Source: an uncultured Candidatus Rokubacteria bacterium
Lineage (GTDB): Bacteria > Methylomirabilota > Methylomirabilia > Rokubacteriales > DASRDR01
Assembly: GCA_963708025.1 (NCBI GenBank)
Contig: CAVPSB010000016.1
Location: 256,001-320,000 of the forward strand
Direction of reading: 5' to 3'
Length of the DNA: 64,000 nt
Part shown: positions 28,293 through 37,908 of the stretch, piece after piece
How positions within the stretch are numbered: the first letter of the stretch is position 1
Layout: each line of letters begins with the position of its first letter
Notes under the pieces: model-generated
The model's input: only the letters and a program-made list of their open reading frames with translations
The model's database searches: none
What the model was told of the DNA's origin: nothing
Program-made: the position numbers and the translations under genes

Positions 28293-30787
28293 TCCCCGTA
28301 TTCGGTCTCTTCGCGGTCGCCTTGATCGAGGCCTTCCTGGCAGTGCTGGTGCTCGTCCGGAGTCCGAACCGCGCGGTCAACCGCTGGTTCTCCGGCTATG
28401 CCGTGGCGCTGGCGGCCTGGGGCACAGTCAACGGTGTCTTTCTCGCCGTGGAGAACCCACCGGTCAACCTGATCCTCTCCCGGGCGGCTTTTGCCGCGGC
28501 GGCGCTCATCGCGGTCATGTTCTATCGATTCGCCACGGTGTTTCCGAATCCTGGGGTCTCTCGAGCCAGGTCCGAGCAGGCGGTGACGCTCGTCGGCCTG
28601 TTCATGTGCGGGCTGGCCTTCTCCCCGTGGATCGTCGCGGAGGTCCGGATCCACGGAGACGGCTTCCGCCTGATCTACGGTCGGCTTCACCCGTTCTTCG
28701 CCCTGTACTTCGTGACGTCGTACGGATGGGCCCTGGTCCACCTGGTGCGGAAGCTTCGGCGGGCGACCGGCTTCGCCCGGGCCCAGCTCCAGTACCTCTT
28801 CCTCGGGACGGGGCTCGGATGTGTCGGGGCAGTGACCACGAACCTCGCGGTACCGCTGCTCTTCGGAACGTCCCGATTCAGCCGGTACGGCCCCTACTTC
28901 ACGCTTCTGGTCGTCGCCTTTGCGGCGCACTCGATCGTGCGACACCGGCTCCTGGACATCCGGATCGTGATCAGCCGATCGGCCGCGTACATCGTCGGCT
29001 GGGTGGTCACCGCCGGCCTGCTGGTCACCGGCACCATCCTGCTGAGCGAGGTGCTCCTCGGCTACAACATTCCCCCGGCAATCGACGTGCTCGTCGGGCT
29101 CGTCGCCGCCGTGTGGTTCCTGGCCGTGGCGCCGTACACGCGGCAACTCGCCGACCGCTATCTGTACCGGCCGGCCTACGACGCTCGGCAGCTCGTCCGC
29201 GACGGGAGCCGTCTCATGGGAACGCTGGCCGATCCCGAGCGGGTCACCACGGCGATGGCGGAGCTACTGAACTCGGCCCTCCGGATGGAGAGCCTCGCCA
29301 TCCTGGTGCGCGACCGCGAGCGCGAGACGTTCCACCCCGGCTTCGCCCGTCACCTGGACCCGACCCTCGCCTGGCCGACCCAGCCCGTCCCGACCTCGTC
29401 GGCGCTCGTCCGCGAGCTGCGGGAGAGCGCCGGCTCGCTGCTCACCGACGACCTGGCTCACCGCGCCCCGTCACGGGCGGTCGCGGCCATCGCCGGCGAG
29501 CTACGGGCCTGGCGGGCGGAGGTGGCGGTGCCGGTGCGGCGCGAGGGCGAGCTGATCGCGATCATGCTGGCGGGGGCCAGGCTGTCCGGCGATCCCTACT
29601 TCGCCGACGACGTGGATCTGCTCGAGACGATGGCGAGCCAGCTCGCCATCGGGCTCAAGAACGGCCAGCTCTATCAGGAGATCGTGTCGATCAAGGAGTA
29701 CAACGAGCGCATCCTGGCCCGGATGGACTCGGGGGTCGTCGCCGTCCGTGACGACGGCGCGGTGACGACCTTCAACCCCGCCGCCGAGCAGATCACCGGC
29801 CTGGCGGCCGGCGTCGTGCTCGGGCGCGCCCTCCAGGCGCTGGACCCGGCCATCCAGGGCATTCTCAGGGCCAGCCTCACCGGGCAGCCCGACGCGGAGA
29901 CGGAGATCACGATCGGCCATCCGGATGGGCGGACCCTGCCGCTCCTGACCCACACCTCGGCGCTCCACGACGCGAACGGACAAATCCGCGGGGCCATCGT
30001 CGTCTTCAACGATCATTCGCGGCTGAAGGCCCTGGAGGAGGACAAGCGGCGGGCCGACCGGCTGGCCGCCATGGGCGCCCTGGCCACCGGCATCGCGCAC
30101 GAGATCCGCAACCCGCTGGTCGCCATCAAGACCTTCGCCGAGCTGCTCCCCGAGCGCGCCGACGACGTCGAGTTCAAGTCCACCTTCGCCAAGGTGGCCG
30201 CCAAGGAGATCCACCGGATCGAGGAGCTGCTGGGCCGGCTGCGGGCCCTGGCGGTGCCGGCGGTGGCGACGCTCCATCCCCTCGATCTCACCGGACCCAT
30301 CGCCGACACCCTCGACCTGCTCCGGGGGGAGGCCGATCGCCGTCACGTGCGCGTGATGAGCGAGATCGAGCCCGACTTGCCCCCGGTGCTCGGCGAGCCC
30401 GATCAGCTCAAGCAGCTCCTCCTGAACCTGCTCCTGAACGCCCTGGACGCCATGGACGCGCTGCCGGTGGGCGGGACACTCAGCGTGACGGCGCGGGTCG
30501 ATCGGCTCCGCCGCGGTCGGGGCGCCAAGCCCTCGGGCGGCTTCGTCACTGTCCGGGTGACGGACACCGGCCCCGGCATCCCCCGGGACGACCTGTCCCG
30601 GATCTTCGAGCCGTTCTTCACGACGAAGGCGCAGGGCACCGGCCTCGGCCTGGCCATTTGCCGGGGCATCGCCGACGCCCACCGCGCGCGGCTCTGGGCC
30701 GAGCCAGGGCCCGCCGGCGCCGGGACGGCGTTCGTGATCCAGTTCCCGGCGTTGGTGGGGGCGCCGGTCGTCGAGGCCCTCCGATGA
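28289..30787 (+). CDS. Membrane sensor histidine kinase (N-terminal 7TM-type region, GAF, PAS, HisKA, HATPase)
   Basis: Many TM helices ending at SIVRHRLLDIRIVI; GAF ending LAIGLKNGQLY; PAS TFNPAAEQITG; H-box IAHEIRNPL; FEPFFTTKAQGTGLGL; ATGA overlap with the second KS. Confidence 0.92.
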   Translation: MIPVFGLFAVALIEAFLAVLVLVRSPNRAVNRWFSGYAVALAAWGTVNGVFLAVENPPVNLILSRAAFAAAALIAVMFYRFATVFPNPGVSRARSEQAVTLVGLFMCGLAFSPWIVAEVRIHGDGFRLIYGRLHPFFALYFVTSYGWALVHLVRKLRRATGFARAQLQYLFLGTGLGCVGAVTTNLAVPLLFGTSRFSRYGPYFTLLVVAFAAHSIVRHRLLDIRIVISRSAAYIVGWVVTAGLLVTGTILLSEVLLGYNIPPAIDVLVGLVAAVWFLAVAPYTRQLADRYLYRPAYDARQLVRDGSRLMGTLADPERVTTAMAELLNSALRMESLAILVRDRERETFHPGFARHLDPTLAWPTQPVPTSSALVRELRESAGSLLTDDLAHRAPSRAVAAIAGELRAWRAEVAVPVRREGELIAIMLAGARLSGDPYFADDVDLLETMASQLAIGLKNGQLYQEIVSIKEYNERILARMDSGVVAVRDDGAVTTFNPAAEQITGLAAGVVLGRALQALDPAIQGILRASLTGQPDAETEITIGHPDGRTLPLLTHTSALHDANGQIRGAIVVFNDHSRLKALEEDKRRADRLAAMGALATGIAHEIRNPLVAIKTFAELLPERADDVEFKSTFAKVAAKEIHRIEELLGRLRALAVPAVATLHPLDLTGPIADTLDLLRGEADRRHVRVMSEIEPDLPPVLGEPDQLKQLLLNLLLNALDAMDALPVGGTLSVTARVDRLRRGRGAKPSGGFVTVRVTDTGPGIPRDDLSRIFEPFFTTKAQGTGLGLAICRGIADAHRARLWAEPGPAGAGTAFVIQFPALVGAPVVEALR

Positions 30788-30842
30788 GCGGCACCGGTCA
30801 GTGGTCAGAACCACTCATGCTGTCTTACCCTGAGGGGACTCG

Positions 30843-32873
30843 ATGAGAACCGCAGCCCTCCTCACCCGTGACGCGAAGCTGGCCGAGCGCTTCCGGCGCC
30901 TCCTCGACCGCACGCTCCACCTCGTCCAGGGGGTGTCACTCCCCGTCGCCAAGGACCAGGGCCCCGCGTTGCCGATCGACCTCGTGCTGGTGGACCTGGC
31001 GTCGGTGCCGCTGTTCGCAGTCGAGCTGGACGCGATCCGCGCCCGCCACCCCGACTCGCTGATCGTCGCCCTGCTCCCGCCGGCGGAGGCGGGCGAGCCG
31101 CTGGCCCTCGAGGTGGAGCCGTACGAGCTGGTCCTGCAGACCGACCTCTCGGACTCCGTGCTCCGCTCCGGCATCGAGCACGCCCTCCGCTTCCAGCGGC
31201 TGGGTCAGGAGACGGCGACGCTCCGCCGCGAGCGACAGCGGTCCGAGATCAGCCCGGCCCCGGAGCGCGAGCCCGCCAGCCCGGCCAGCAGCCTGGGCAC
31301 CGTGCTCAAGGAGATGGGCAAGCTGCTGGCCGCGCACTTCGACCTCGAGCGGATCGTGGACTTCTTCCTGGACGCGATCACCGAGCTGGTCCGGCCGGGA
31401 CGGGCGGCGTTGCTCCTGGCCGACGACGAGGAGCAGCGCTACCGGATCCGCGGCCATCGGGGTCTCGACCCGGCGCTGACGCGGGAGCTCTGGCTGCGGG
31501 GCGACGACGGGCTACCGGCCTGGTTCCGCCGCCATGCCCGGCCGGCGCTGCGGCGCGAGCTGGAGCGTGATCCCGAATGGCTCGACGCCGCCCGCGAGCT
31601 GACCGTGCTGGGCGGCGAGGTGGCGGTGCCGCTGTGGGTCCAGGCCAAGCTGGTGGGCATCCTGGCGCTCGGGCCGCGGGTCACCGGCCAGGCCTACGCG
31701 GGTGAGGACCTGGAGCGGCTCTTCACCCTGGCCAGCCAGGTCGCGGTGGCCCTCGAGGACATCTCGCTCTTCAACACGGTCCGGGCCCAGCACACGTTCA
31801 TCGAGCAGGTCCTGGCCCGTCTGCAGAGCGGGGCCATCACGATCGACGGCGGGAGCCGGGTGACGCTCTTCAACCAGCGCGCCGAGGAGCTGCTCGGTCA
31901 GCCGAAGAGCGACGTGCTGGGTGAGGATCTCCGGGCCCTGCCCTCCCCGCTGGGCGACCTCCTGTTCGAGACGGCCCGGGACGGGCGGGAGCTCAGGCTC
32001 CAGGAGGTGACGCTCCCGGGGCGACCCGGCGCCACGCTCGAGGTGAGCACCACACGGATCGTGAACCGCGACGGCGCCAGCGTTGGCGCGGTCATGTTGC
32101 TGGACGACCCCGCGCCCCGCTACCTGCTCCAGCGCGAGCGGCAGACCACGCAGACACTCGATCTCCTGAACCGGGTCCTCCTCCGGCTGACCGACGAGAT
32201 CAAGAATCCGCTGGTCTCGATCTACACGTTCCTCGAGCTGCTCCCCCAGCGATACGACGACCCCGACTTCCGGGAGCGGTTCTTCTCGGTCGTCGGCCGC
32301 GACACCAAGCACCTCATGTCGCTGGTGGACAAGCTGATCATCCTGGCCGGCGATCGCGAGTACAAGCTCGACTTCTGCGACATGCGGGAGCTGGTGAACG
32401 AGACCCTGGAAGACCTCGCGCTCCGGTTCGAGCGGCCCCGGGCCTCGCAGGACGCGGCCATCTTCCTGCTCGAGGTCCCCGATCGGCAGAGCCGGCTCAC
32501 CGCGGTGCTCTACGCGCCGAAGACCGACCTGATGGTCAAGGCCGACCGGGACCAGCTCGGCAAGGCGCTCGGCTATGTGATCCGTTTCCTGATGGCCCGG
32601 GTCGAGCCGGACGGGCGGCTGGCGATCCACGTGCTGCCCGACCCCGACCACCCCCGCCTCCTGCGACTGTCGATCGTCGGCAAGCCCGCCGTCCTCTCCC
32701 CCGAGGAGCGGGAGCGGCTGTTCAGCCCACTGGCCATCGCCTCCGAGCGGCTCCTCGACGTCGGGCCGTCGGTCAGCCAGAAGATCGTCGAAGCGCACGG
32801 GGGCCGGCTAAGCGTGGGCGGCCCCGAGGGGGAGATCCGGTTCGTGCTGACGCTGCCCCGCACGAGTCAGTAG
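30843..32873 (+). CDS. Degenerate REC-like, GAF, PAS, histidine pseudokinase
   Basis: The H-box reads LTDEIKNPL (Asp at the His position); N, G1 and G2 boxes are degenerate (LFSPLAIASERLLDVGPSVSQKIVEAHGG). Confidence 0.8.
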   Translation: MRTAALLTRDAKLAERFRRLLDRTLHLVQGVSLPVAKDQGPALPIDLVLVDLASVPLFAVELDAIRARHPDSLIVALLPPAEAGEPLALEVEPYELVLQTDLSDSVLRSGIEHALRFQRLGQETATLRRERQRSEISPAPEREPASPASSLGTVLKEMGKLLAAHFDLERIVDFFLDAITELVRPGRAALLLADDEEQRYRIRGHRGLDPALTRELWLRGDDGLPAWFRRHARPALRRELERDPEWLDAARELTVLGGEVAVPLWVQAKLVGILALGPRVTGQAYAGEDLERLFTLASQVAVALEDISLFNTVRAQHTFIEQVLARLQSGAITIDGGSRVTLFNQRAEELLGQPKSDVLGEDLRALPSPLGDLLFETARDGRELRLQEVTLPGRPGATLEVSTTRIVNRDGASVGAVMLLDDPAPRYLLQRERQTTQTLDLLNRVLLRLTDEIKNPLVSIYTFLELLPQRYDDPDFRERFFSVVGRDTKHLMSLVDKLIILAGDREYKLDFCDMRELVNETLEDLALRFERPRASQDAAIFLLEVPDRQSRLTAVLYAPKTDLMVKADRDQLGKALGYVIRFLMARVEPDGRLAIHVLPDPDHPRLLRLSIVGKPAVLSPEERERLFSPLAIASERLLDVGPSVSQKIVEAHGGRLSVGGPEGEIRFVLTLPRTSQ

Positions 32874-32883
32874 CGACCCACCC

Positions 32884-35235
32884 ATGGCCATGTCGGCGAC
32901 CGAGCCCCGCGTGCTGGTGGTGGACGACGAGGAAGGCCCCCGCGAGGCCATCCGGATGATCCTCAAGCCGCGCTACCACGTCACCCTGGCGGGGAGCGGC
33001 GAGGAGGTCCTGAACTCGCTCCCCGCCCTCCGTCCCGACGTCATCTTCATGGACGTGAAGATGCCCCGGATCGACGGCGTGCAGCTGCTCGAGCGCGTCA
33101 AGGCGGTCGACCCGCTGGTCGAGGTCGTGATGATCACAGCTTACGCCTCGCTCGACACGGTGCAGCGGGCGATGCGGTTCGGCGCGATGGATTACCTCGT
33201 CAAGCCGTTCGCGCCCAAGGAGCTGGAGGAAGCGGCCGAGCGCGCGCTGGCCCGCCGGCGCGAGCGCTCGGCGGCGCCGGCCCGGGGGCTGACCACGCTC
33301 ATCGGACAGATGCGGGACCTGGCTCGCCGCGGCGAGCCGGCCGCCGGTCAGCTCGAGGGCGCCGACGACCTGCCCGGGCTGCTCCGGGCGATGCTGCGCG
33401 AGGTGCAGCGGGCGACGGGCGCGGTGGCCGCCTCGTTCTTCGGGACCGAGCCGGCCGCGGTCGTGCACTCGGACCTGCCGCCGGGGGCGGCGGAGGCGCT
33501 GGCCAGCTCCTGGAAGGCGGCGCTGGGGAGGGTTCGCGAGCCGCTGTGGTTCCGGCCCGGCGCCGGTCGCTTCCTGCCGTGGCCGGCCGGCCTGGCGCTC
33601 GAGAACGTGGACGTCCGGGGCATCCTGGTGGTGCCGGTCGCCGACGACGGGCTCCCACGCGTCGCCGGCCACCTCGCCCTCTTCCTGAGCCGCTCGGCGT
33701 TGGACGCCCCCCCCGACCTCACGCCCCTCCGTCCGGTCCTCGACCTCATGGTCACCGCCATCCGCACCTCGCTGCTCCTCGCCTCGGCGGCCCGCCAGGC
33801 GACCGAGCAGTCGCTCCGGGCGGTGCAGCGGGAGATCCTGCGCCAGATCTCGGCCGCGGTCCTCGAGGACCCCGCCCTCGACCGGACGCTGGCCGCGATC
33901 ACCGAGCAGCTCCAGCACGGCGCCGGCTACCAGCGGGTTCAGGTGCTGCTCGAGCCGGACGGACCGCCGCCGGCCGACACGCCGGCCCGTGGTGTCTTCG
34001 CGCTCGTCGCCCAGGGCCGCCGGCTCGGACACCTGGTCGTCGAGGCCAGCGGCAGCGCCCGCGTCCTCGACCGCAGCGAGCGCGAGCTGCTCCGCATGTT
34101 CTCGGAGTCCGTCGCGCTCGTCGTGCGCAACGCCAACCTTCACCGGGAGCTGTCTGAAGCCAACACCTTCCTCGGCAACCTGATCCAGTCGGCGGCCGAC
34201 GTGATCATCGCGCTGGATCCCGAGCGCCGGGTGGTCACCTGGAACCCCTCGGCCGAGCGCATCCTGGGCATGCGGCTCGACGAGGTGCGGGACCGCCCGC
34301 TGGCCGAGGTGCTCCCGCCCCCCGTCCTCCTCGAGCTGGAGCCGGTCATGGCGAATCCCCGGGGCAGCCGGACCGTGAGGCTCCGCACCGACGGGGGCGA
34401 GGGGGCCAGCCTCGACCTCACCGTCACCTGCTCGCCGATCCCCTGGGGCGGCCGCGGGGAGGCGGGTCTCCTCCTGGTGGCGAAGGACGTGACCGAGCAG
34501 CGCCGCTGGGAAGAGCAGCTGGCGCGCTCCGAGAAGCTCTCCGCGCTCGGCAAGCTCGCGATGGGGATGGCCCACGACTTCAACAACCTCCTGCAGGCGA
34601 TCCTGGGGCACGCCCAGCTCATCGCCAGCGAGCCGACGCCCGACCGCCTCTCCAAGGGGCTGACGACCATCGAGCAGGCGGTCCGGGACGGCGTGGAGAC
34701 GGTGGGTCGGATCAAGCGCTACGCCCGGCGGGAGAGCGAGAGCAAGCCCGAGCCCGTCGATCTGCGCGACGTCGTGCGCCAGGTGGTGGAGATCGCGTGG
34801 CCCCGCTGGGCCCACGGCGGCCGCACCGGCGCCGCCATCCGCGTCCAGCAGGACCTCCAGCCGGTGCCGCCGGTGTGGGCGCGCGGGGCCGAACTGCGCG
34901 AGGTGTTGATGAACCTGGTCCTGAACGCCGTGGACGCGATGCCGCAGGGCGGGGTCGTCGGGCTGGAGACCCGGCGGGAGGGCGAGTGGGCCATCCTGGT
35001 CGTCTCCGACACCGGGACCGGCATCCCGCCCGATCTGCGGCGCCGGATCTTCGAGCCCTTCTTCACCACCAAGGAGACGGGGACGGGGCTCGGCCTGTCC
35101 ATCGTCTCGGGCATCATCTCCAGCTACGGCGGCACCATCGAGGTGGAGGCGGAACCCGGCCGGGGCACGACCTTCATCATCCGGCTGCCGATCACGAGCG
35201 ACCCACCCATCAACGGCGGCCGCAGCCCGGCCTAG
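32884..35235 (+). CDS. REC, GAF-like, PAS histidine kinase
   Basis: VLVVDDE...MDVKMPRIDG...KPF; PAS TWNPSAERILG; H-box MAHDFNNLL; DTGTGI, FEPFFTTKETGTGLGLS. Confidence 0.92.
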   Translation: MAMSATEPRVLVVDDEEGPREAIRMILKPRYHVTLAGSGEEVLNSLPALRPDVIFMDVKMPRIDGVQLLERVKAVDPLVEVVMITAYASLDTVQRAMRFGAMDYLVKPFAPKELEEAAERALARRRERSAAPARGLTTLIGQMRDLARRGEPAAGQLEGADDLPGLLRAMLREVQRATGAVAASFFGTEPAAVVHSDLPPGAAEALASSWKAALGRVREPLWFRPGAGRFLPWPAGLALENVDVRGILVVPVADDGLPRVAGHLALFLSRSALDAPPDLTPLRPVLDLMVTAIRTSLLLASAARQATEQSLRAVQREILRQISAAVLEDPALDRTLAAITEQLQHGAGYQRVQVLLEPDGPPPADTPARGVFALVAQGRRLGHLVVEASGSARVLDRSERELLRMFSESVALVVRNANLHRELSEANTFLGNLIQSAADVIIALDPERRVVTWNPSAERILGMRLDEVRDRPLAEVLPPPVLLELEPVMANPRGSRTVRLRTDGGEGASLDLTVTCSPIPWGGRGEAGLLLVAKDVTEQRRWEEQLARSEKLSALGKLAMGMAHDFNNLLQAILGHAQLIASEPTPDRLSKGLTTIEQAVRDGVETVGRIKRYARRESESKPEPVDLRDVVRQVVEIAWPRWAHGGRTGAAIRVQQDLQPVPPVWARGAELREVLMNLVLNAVDAMPQGGVVGLETRREGEWAILVVSDTGTGIPPDLRRRIFEPFFTTKETGTGLGLSIVSGIISSYGGTIEVEAEPGRGTTFIIRLPITSDPPINGGRSPA

Positions 35236-35364
35236 GTCCTTCGGGGGGGTCTCGGAAGACCCCCCCGATGCCCCCCCGTCGTTGCGCCGGCGAAGCCGGC
35301 GCTCGGAGGCTCTTCGTGGCTCACGTCGCACGGCCCGCGACAGGACATGCTCGGACGGACTCCT
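35232..35364 (+). repeat. Double-hairpin repeat, copy 4 (long form)
   Basis: ctaggtccttc-G7-tctcggaagacccccccga; hairpin 2 is gcgccggcgaagccggcgc, a compensatory variant. Confidence 0.9.
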
Positions 35365-35415
35365 CGAGTTTGGGGCGGGCGGGCCGCTTCGTCTTCCGTC
35401 TCGGCCGCCGGCAGG

Positions 35416-36201
35416 TCAGGCGCCGGCGATGCGGACCGCGAACGAGGTGCCGAGCATCAGCGACGACGTGATCGCTTCCGGGCGCCGGTGGGCGCCGAAG
35501 ACGATCCGGGCCGGCTGGTCCGCCAGGGCCCAGGACGAAAAGCGCGTCAGGTCGAAGAGCGCCGTGGCCCGACCCGTCTCCGGCTCCGCGGCCAGCCGCA
35601 GGACGAACGGCACCAGCTCCGCCCGGTAGCGACGCTCGACGTCGTCCAGGCCCTCACTCGTCGGCCGGTGCCGGCGGACGACCTGGGTCCGGAGCGTGCC
35701 GTCGGGCTGAGGCGGCCACCGCTCGTCGGCGTAGTTGAGCACCGCGCTCAGGGCGTCGTCGACGCGGGCGTCGGACGGCATCGGGAGCACGTCGTCGGCG
35801 ACACGGCGGCGCCGCAGGAAGAACGTCTCGCTCCGGCTGTGATACTCGATGGCCCGCTGGTCGTAGTCGTAGGCGATGCTCAGGCGCGATTCCCGGCCAT
35901 GGACGAGGAAGAGCGAATTGGTCCGCAGGGGCGCCCACCGGTCCTCGAGCAGGAGCCCCGACGCGTCCAGCGCCTGGGTGATGCCGCTCCCCTGACCCCG
36001 GATCCTCACCGCGTAGCGCCGGCCCGGCCGGTCCACCGTCTCGTCGATCGTCCCCGCCACCTGAAAGCGCAGGGCGCCGTACAGGATGCCCACGTCGGCG
36101 GTGAAAGCCTCCTGGCGACTGTCGACGGCCCCCCGCGCCGCGCGGGCCGGCGCCAGGGCCAGGGCCAGCGCCAGCGCCAGGAACTCCCGCCGGTCGAGCA
36201 T
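35416..36201 (-). CDS. Tat-exported hypothetical protein (possibly DUF3108-like)
   Basis: MLDRREFLALALALALAPARA twin-arginine signal; TGATG coupling with the upstream dehydrogenase. Confidence 0.7.
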   Translation of the reverse strand: MLDRREFLALALALALAPARAARGAVDSRQEAFTADVGILYGALRFQVAGTIDETVDRPGRRYAVRIRGQGSGITQALDASGLLLEDRWAPLRTNSLFLVHGRESRLSIAYDYDQRAIEYHSRSETFFLRRRRVADDVLPMPSDARVDDALSAVLNYADERWPPQPDGTLRTQVVRRHRPTSEGLDDVERRYRAELVPFVLRLAAEPETGRATALFDLTRFSSWALADQPARIVFGAHRRPEAITSSLMLGTSFAVRIAGA

Positions 36202-37271
36202 CACGACTCGGCGAAGCGAACGACGGTCTTGATGTCGTCCGGCTCCCGCTTCACCGCCGCCTCGAAGCGATCGGGCGGCAGCTGGCGCGTCACGAGGCCC
36301 TCCAGCAGTCCGGGCCACCGGCGGGCCCAGGCCGCCATGTGCCGCGCGCCCGCCTCGAAGTCGCGGCGGCTCGCGTTGACGCTGCCGAACACGACCTGGT
36401 TGGCCAGCACCGCCTGGAGGTTGAAGCGCGCCAGCGGGACCTCCAGGGCCGCGTCCCCGCCGGAGACGCCGAGGAGGCAGAGGACGCCGTTGGTGCCGGG
36501 CGTCATGAGCGCCTCGCGGATCACCGGTGGCGCCCCCGTGCACTCGAGGACCAGGTCGAGGTTCCCGAGCCGGGCCGGCAGCTCGGCGAGCGGCGCCTGG
36601 TCGGCCTGGAACGCGCCGGCGCCAATCCGCTCGAGCCAGGCCACCCGGCGGGGCCCCACGTGGCGGCTCCAGAGCGTCGTCTCCAGGCCCAGGCTCCGGG
36701 TGAGCGCGGCCCCGAGGAGCCCGATCGGCCCCGCCCCCAGCACGACCGCCCGGCGCGGCCGCCAGCGCAGCCGGCGCTGGAGGCGGTAGGCCTGGTCCAC
36801 GCCCTTCTCGACCACGGTCAGCGGCTCGAGGAGCATGGCGACGGGCCGGAGAGGCCGCGCCAGCGGCACGAGGTATGCCGGGGCCTCGGCGAAGCGCTCG
36901 GCCATGAAGCCGTCGAGCCCCATGATGCCGCGCTCCCGGTAGTGTCCGGTGAGGCACATGTCCTGCTCGCCGGCCCGGCAGTTGAGGCAGCGCTCGGGGC
37001 AGGGCCGCCGCACCATCGGCACGACGAGATCCCCCGCCCGCAGACGGCCGGCGGCCCGCTCGACGACCCCGCACGCCTCGTGGCCCAGAACGAGGCGGTC
37101 GGCGCCGGCCGGGGCGGCGCCGTAGAGGCCGGCCAGGATCTCCTGGTCGGTGCCGCAAACGCCGACCGCCAGCGTGCGGACCTCGGCCTCGCCGCGCCGG
37201 CTGCGCGGCGGGTCGACCTCCAGGCAGCGGGCGCTGCCGGGCTGGCGGGGGACGACCGCGACCGCCTTCAC
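36201..37271 (-). CDS. Zinc-dependent glucose 1-dehydrogenase-like MDR enzyme
   Basis: GVCGTDQE, LGHE, CPERCLNC...C, ERGI, GAGPIG, VFGSVNA, DIKTVV. Confidence 0.88.
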   Translation of the reverse strand: MKAVAVVPRQPGSARCLEVDPPRSRRGEAEVRTLAVGVCGTDQEILAGLYGAAPAGADRLVLGHEACGVVERAAGRLRAGDLVVPMVRRPCPERCLNCRAGEQDMCLTGHYRERGIMGLDGFMAERFAEAPAYLVPLARPLRPVAMLLEPLTVVEKGVDQAYRLQRRLRWRPRRAVVLGAGPIGLLGAALTRSLGLETTLWSRHVGPRRVAWLERIGAGAFQADQAPLAELPARLGNLDLVLECTGAPPVIREALMTPGTNGVLCLLGVSGGDAALEVPLARFNLQAVLANQVVFGSVNASRRDFEAGARHMAAWARRWPGLLEGLVTRQLPPDRFEAAVKREPDDIKTVVRFAES

Positions 37272-37277
37272 GGCTTC

Positions 37278-37320
37278 AGCATGCCGGCCTCAGCCCTCGA
37301 TTTGCAAGCACTCGGTGCCG
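37278..37320 (-). promoter_or_regulatory. 43-bp direct repeat, copy A (promoter-like TTGCAA-18-CATGCT)
   Basis: Near-identical to 37866-37908; CATGCT ends 6 nt before the dehydrogenase GTG. Confidence 0.6.
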
Positions 37321-37339
37321 AGCTCCTCCGTCGGGCGAG

Positions 37340-37804
37340 CTACGGCAGCCTCGGCACTCCGCCGTCGGCGATCGACTCGCCGTACCACATCCGCGAGACG
37401 CCGGCCCAGTAGGCGCCGGCCTGACACATGGGGCAGGCCCGCGCCGTGCCGTACATCTCGCATCGCGACAGGTCGCGGGTTCCGAGCCGGCGGGCGGCGT
37501 CGCGGATCGCCTGCAGCTCCGCGTGAGCGGTCGGATCGGGGGCGGTGACCACCGCGCTCGCGCCCTCGCCGACGATTCGTCCATCTCGCACGATCACAGC
37601 TCCGTAGGGCTGGTCGCCCCGCTCGATGGCCAGGCGGCGCATCTCGAACGCTCGCCGCATGAACGCTTCGCGAGTCGGCTGGGCGGGCTGCACGATCTCG
37701 GCCTGCGCGTCGTTCGCTGCGCGCGCCGGCCAGACCGAGACCAGCACACCCAGACCAGCGAGCGCGAGCAACGCCTGGCGCCGGGTCTCACATGGGCATT
37801 GCAT
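37340..37804 (-). CDS. Zn-dependent nucleoside/nucleobase deaminase with a Tat-like signal
   Basis: PYGAVIV, DPTAHAE, ACPMC; N-terminus TRRQALLALAGLGVLVSVWPARA. Confidence 0.88.
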   Translation of the reverse strand: MQCPCETRRQALLALAGLGVLVSVWPARAANDAQAEIVQPAQPTREAFMRRAFEMRRLAIERGDQPYGAVIVRDGRIVGEGASAVVTAPDPTAHAELQAIRDAARRLGTRDLSRCEMYGTARACPMCQAGAYWAGVSRMWYGESIADGGVPRLP

Positions 37805-37865
37805 GGCGTCTCCTCGGTACAGCCTGTCCACGCGGAGGTCACGCGCCCAGCTCGGCGGTCCCGCT

Positions 37866-37908
37866 AGCATGCCGGCCTCAGCCTCGGGCTTGCAAGCGGT
37901 CGGTGCCG
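37866..37908 (-). promoter_or_regulatory. 43-bp direct repeat, copy B (overlaps the EamA 3' end)
   Basis: agcatgccggcctcagcc-N6-ttgcaagc-N2-tcggtgccg. Confidence 0.6.

Noticed and set aside
32773-35331. Long antisense and alternate-frame ORFs (e.g. 852 aa here, 716 aa at 11600, 549 aa at 9674)
   Set aside because: Shadow ORFs expected at very high GC; they are Arg/Gly/Pro-rich with no motifs and overlap well-supported genes.
36151-36181. Hexamer tandem repeat as a phase-variable tract
   Set aside because: It is in frame and imperfect, and simply encodes LALALALA of a signal peptide.
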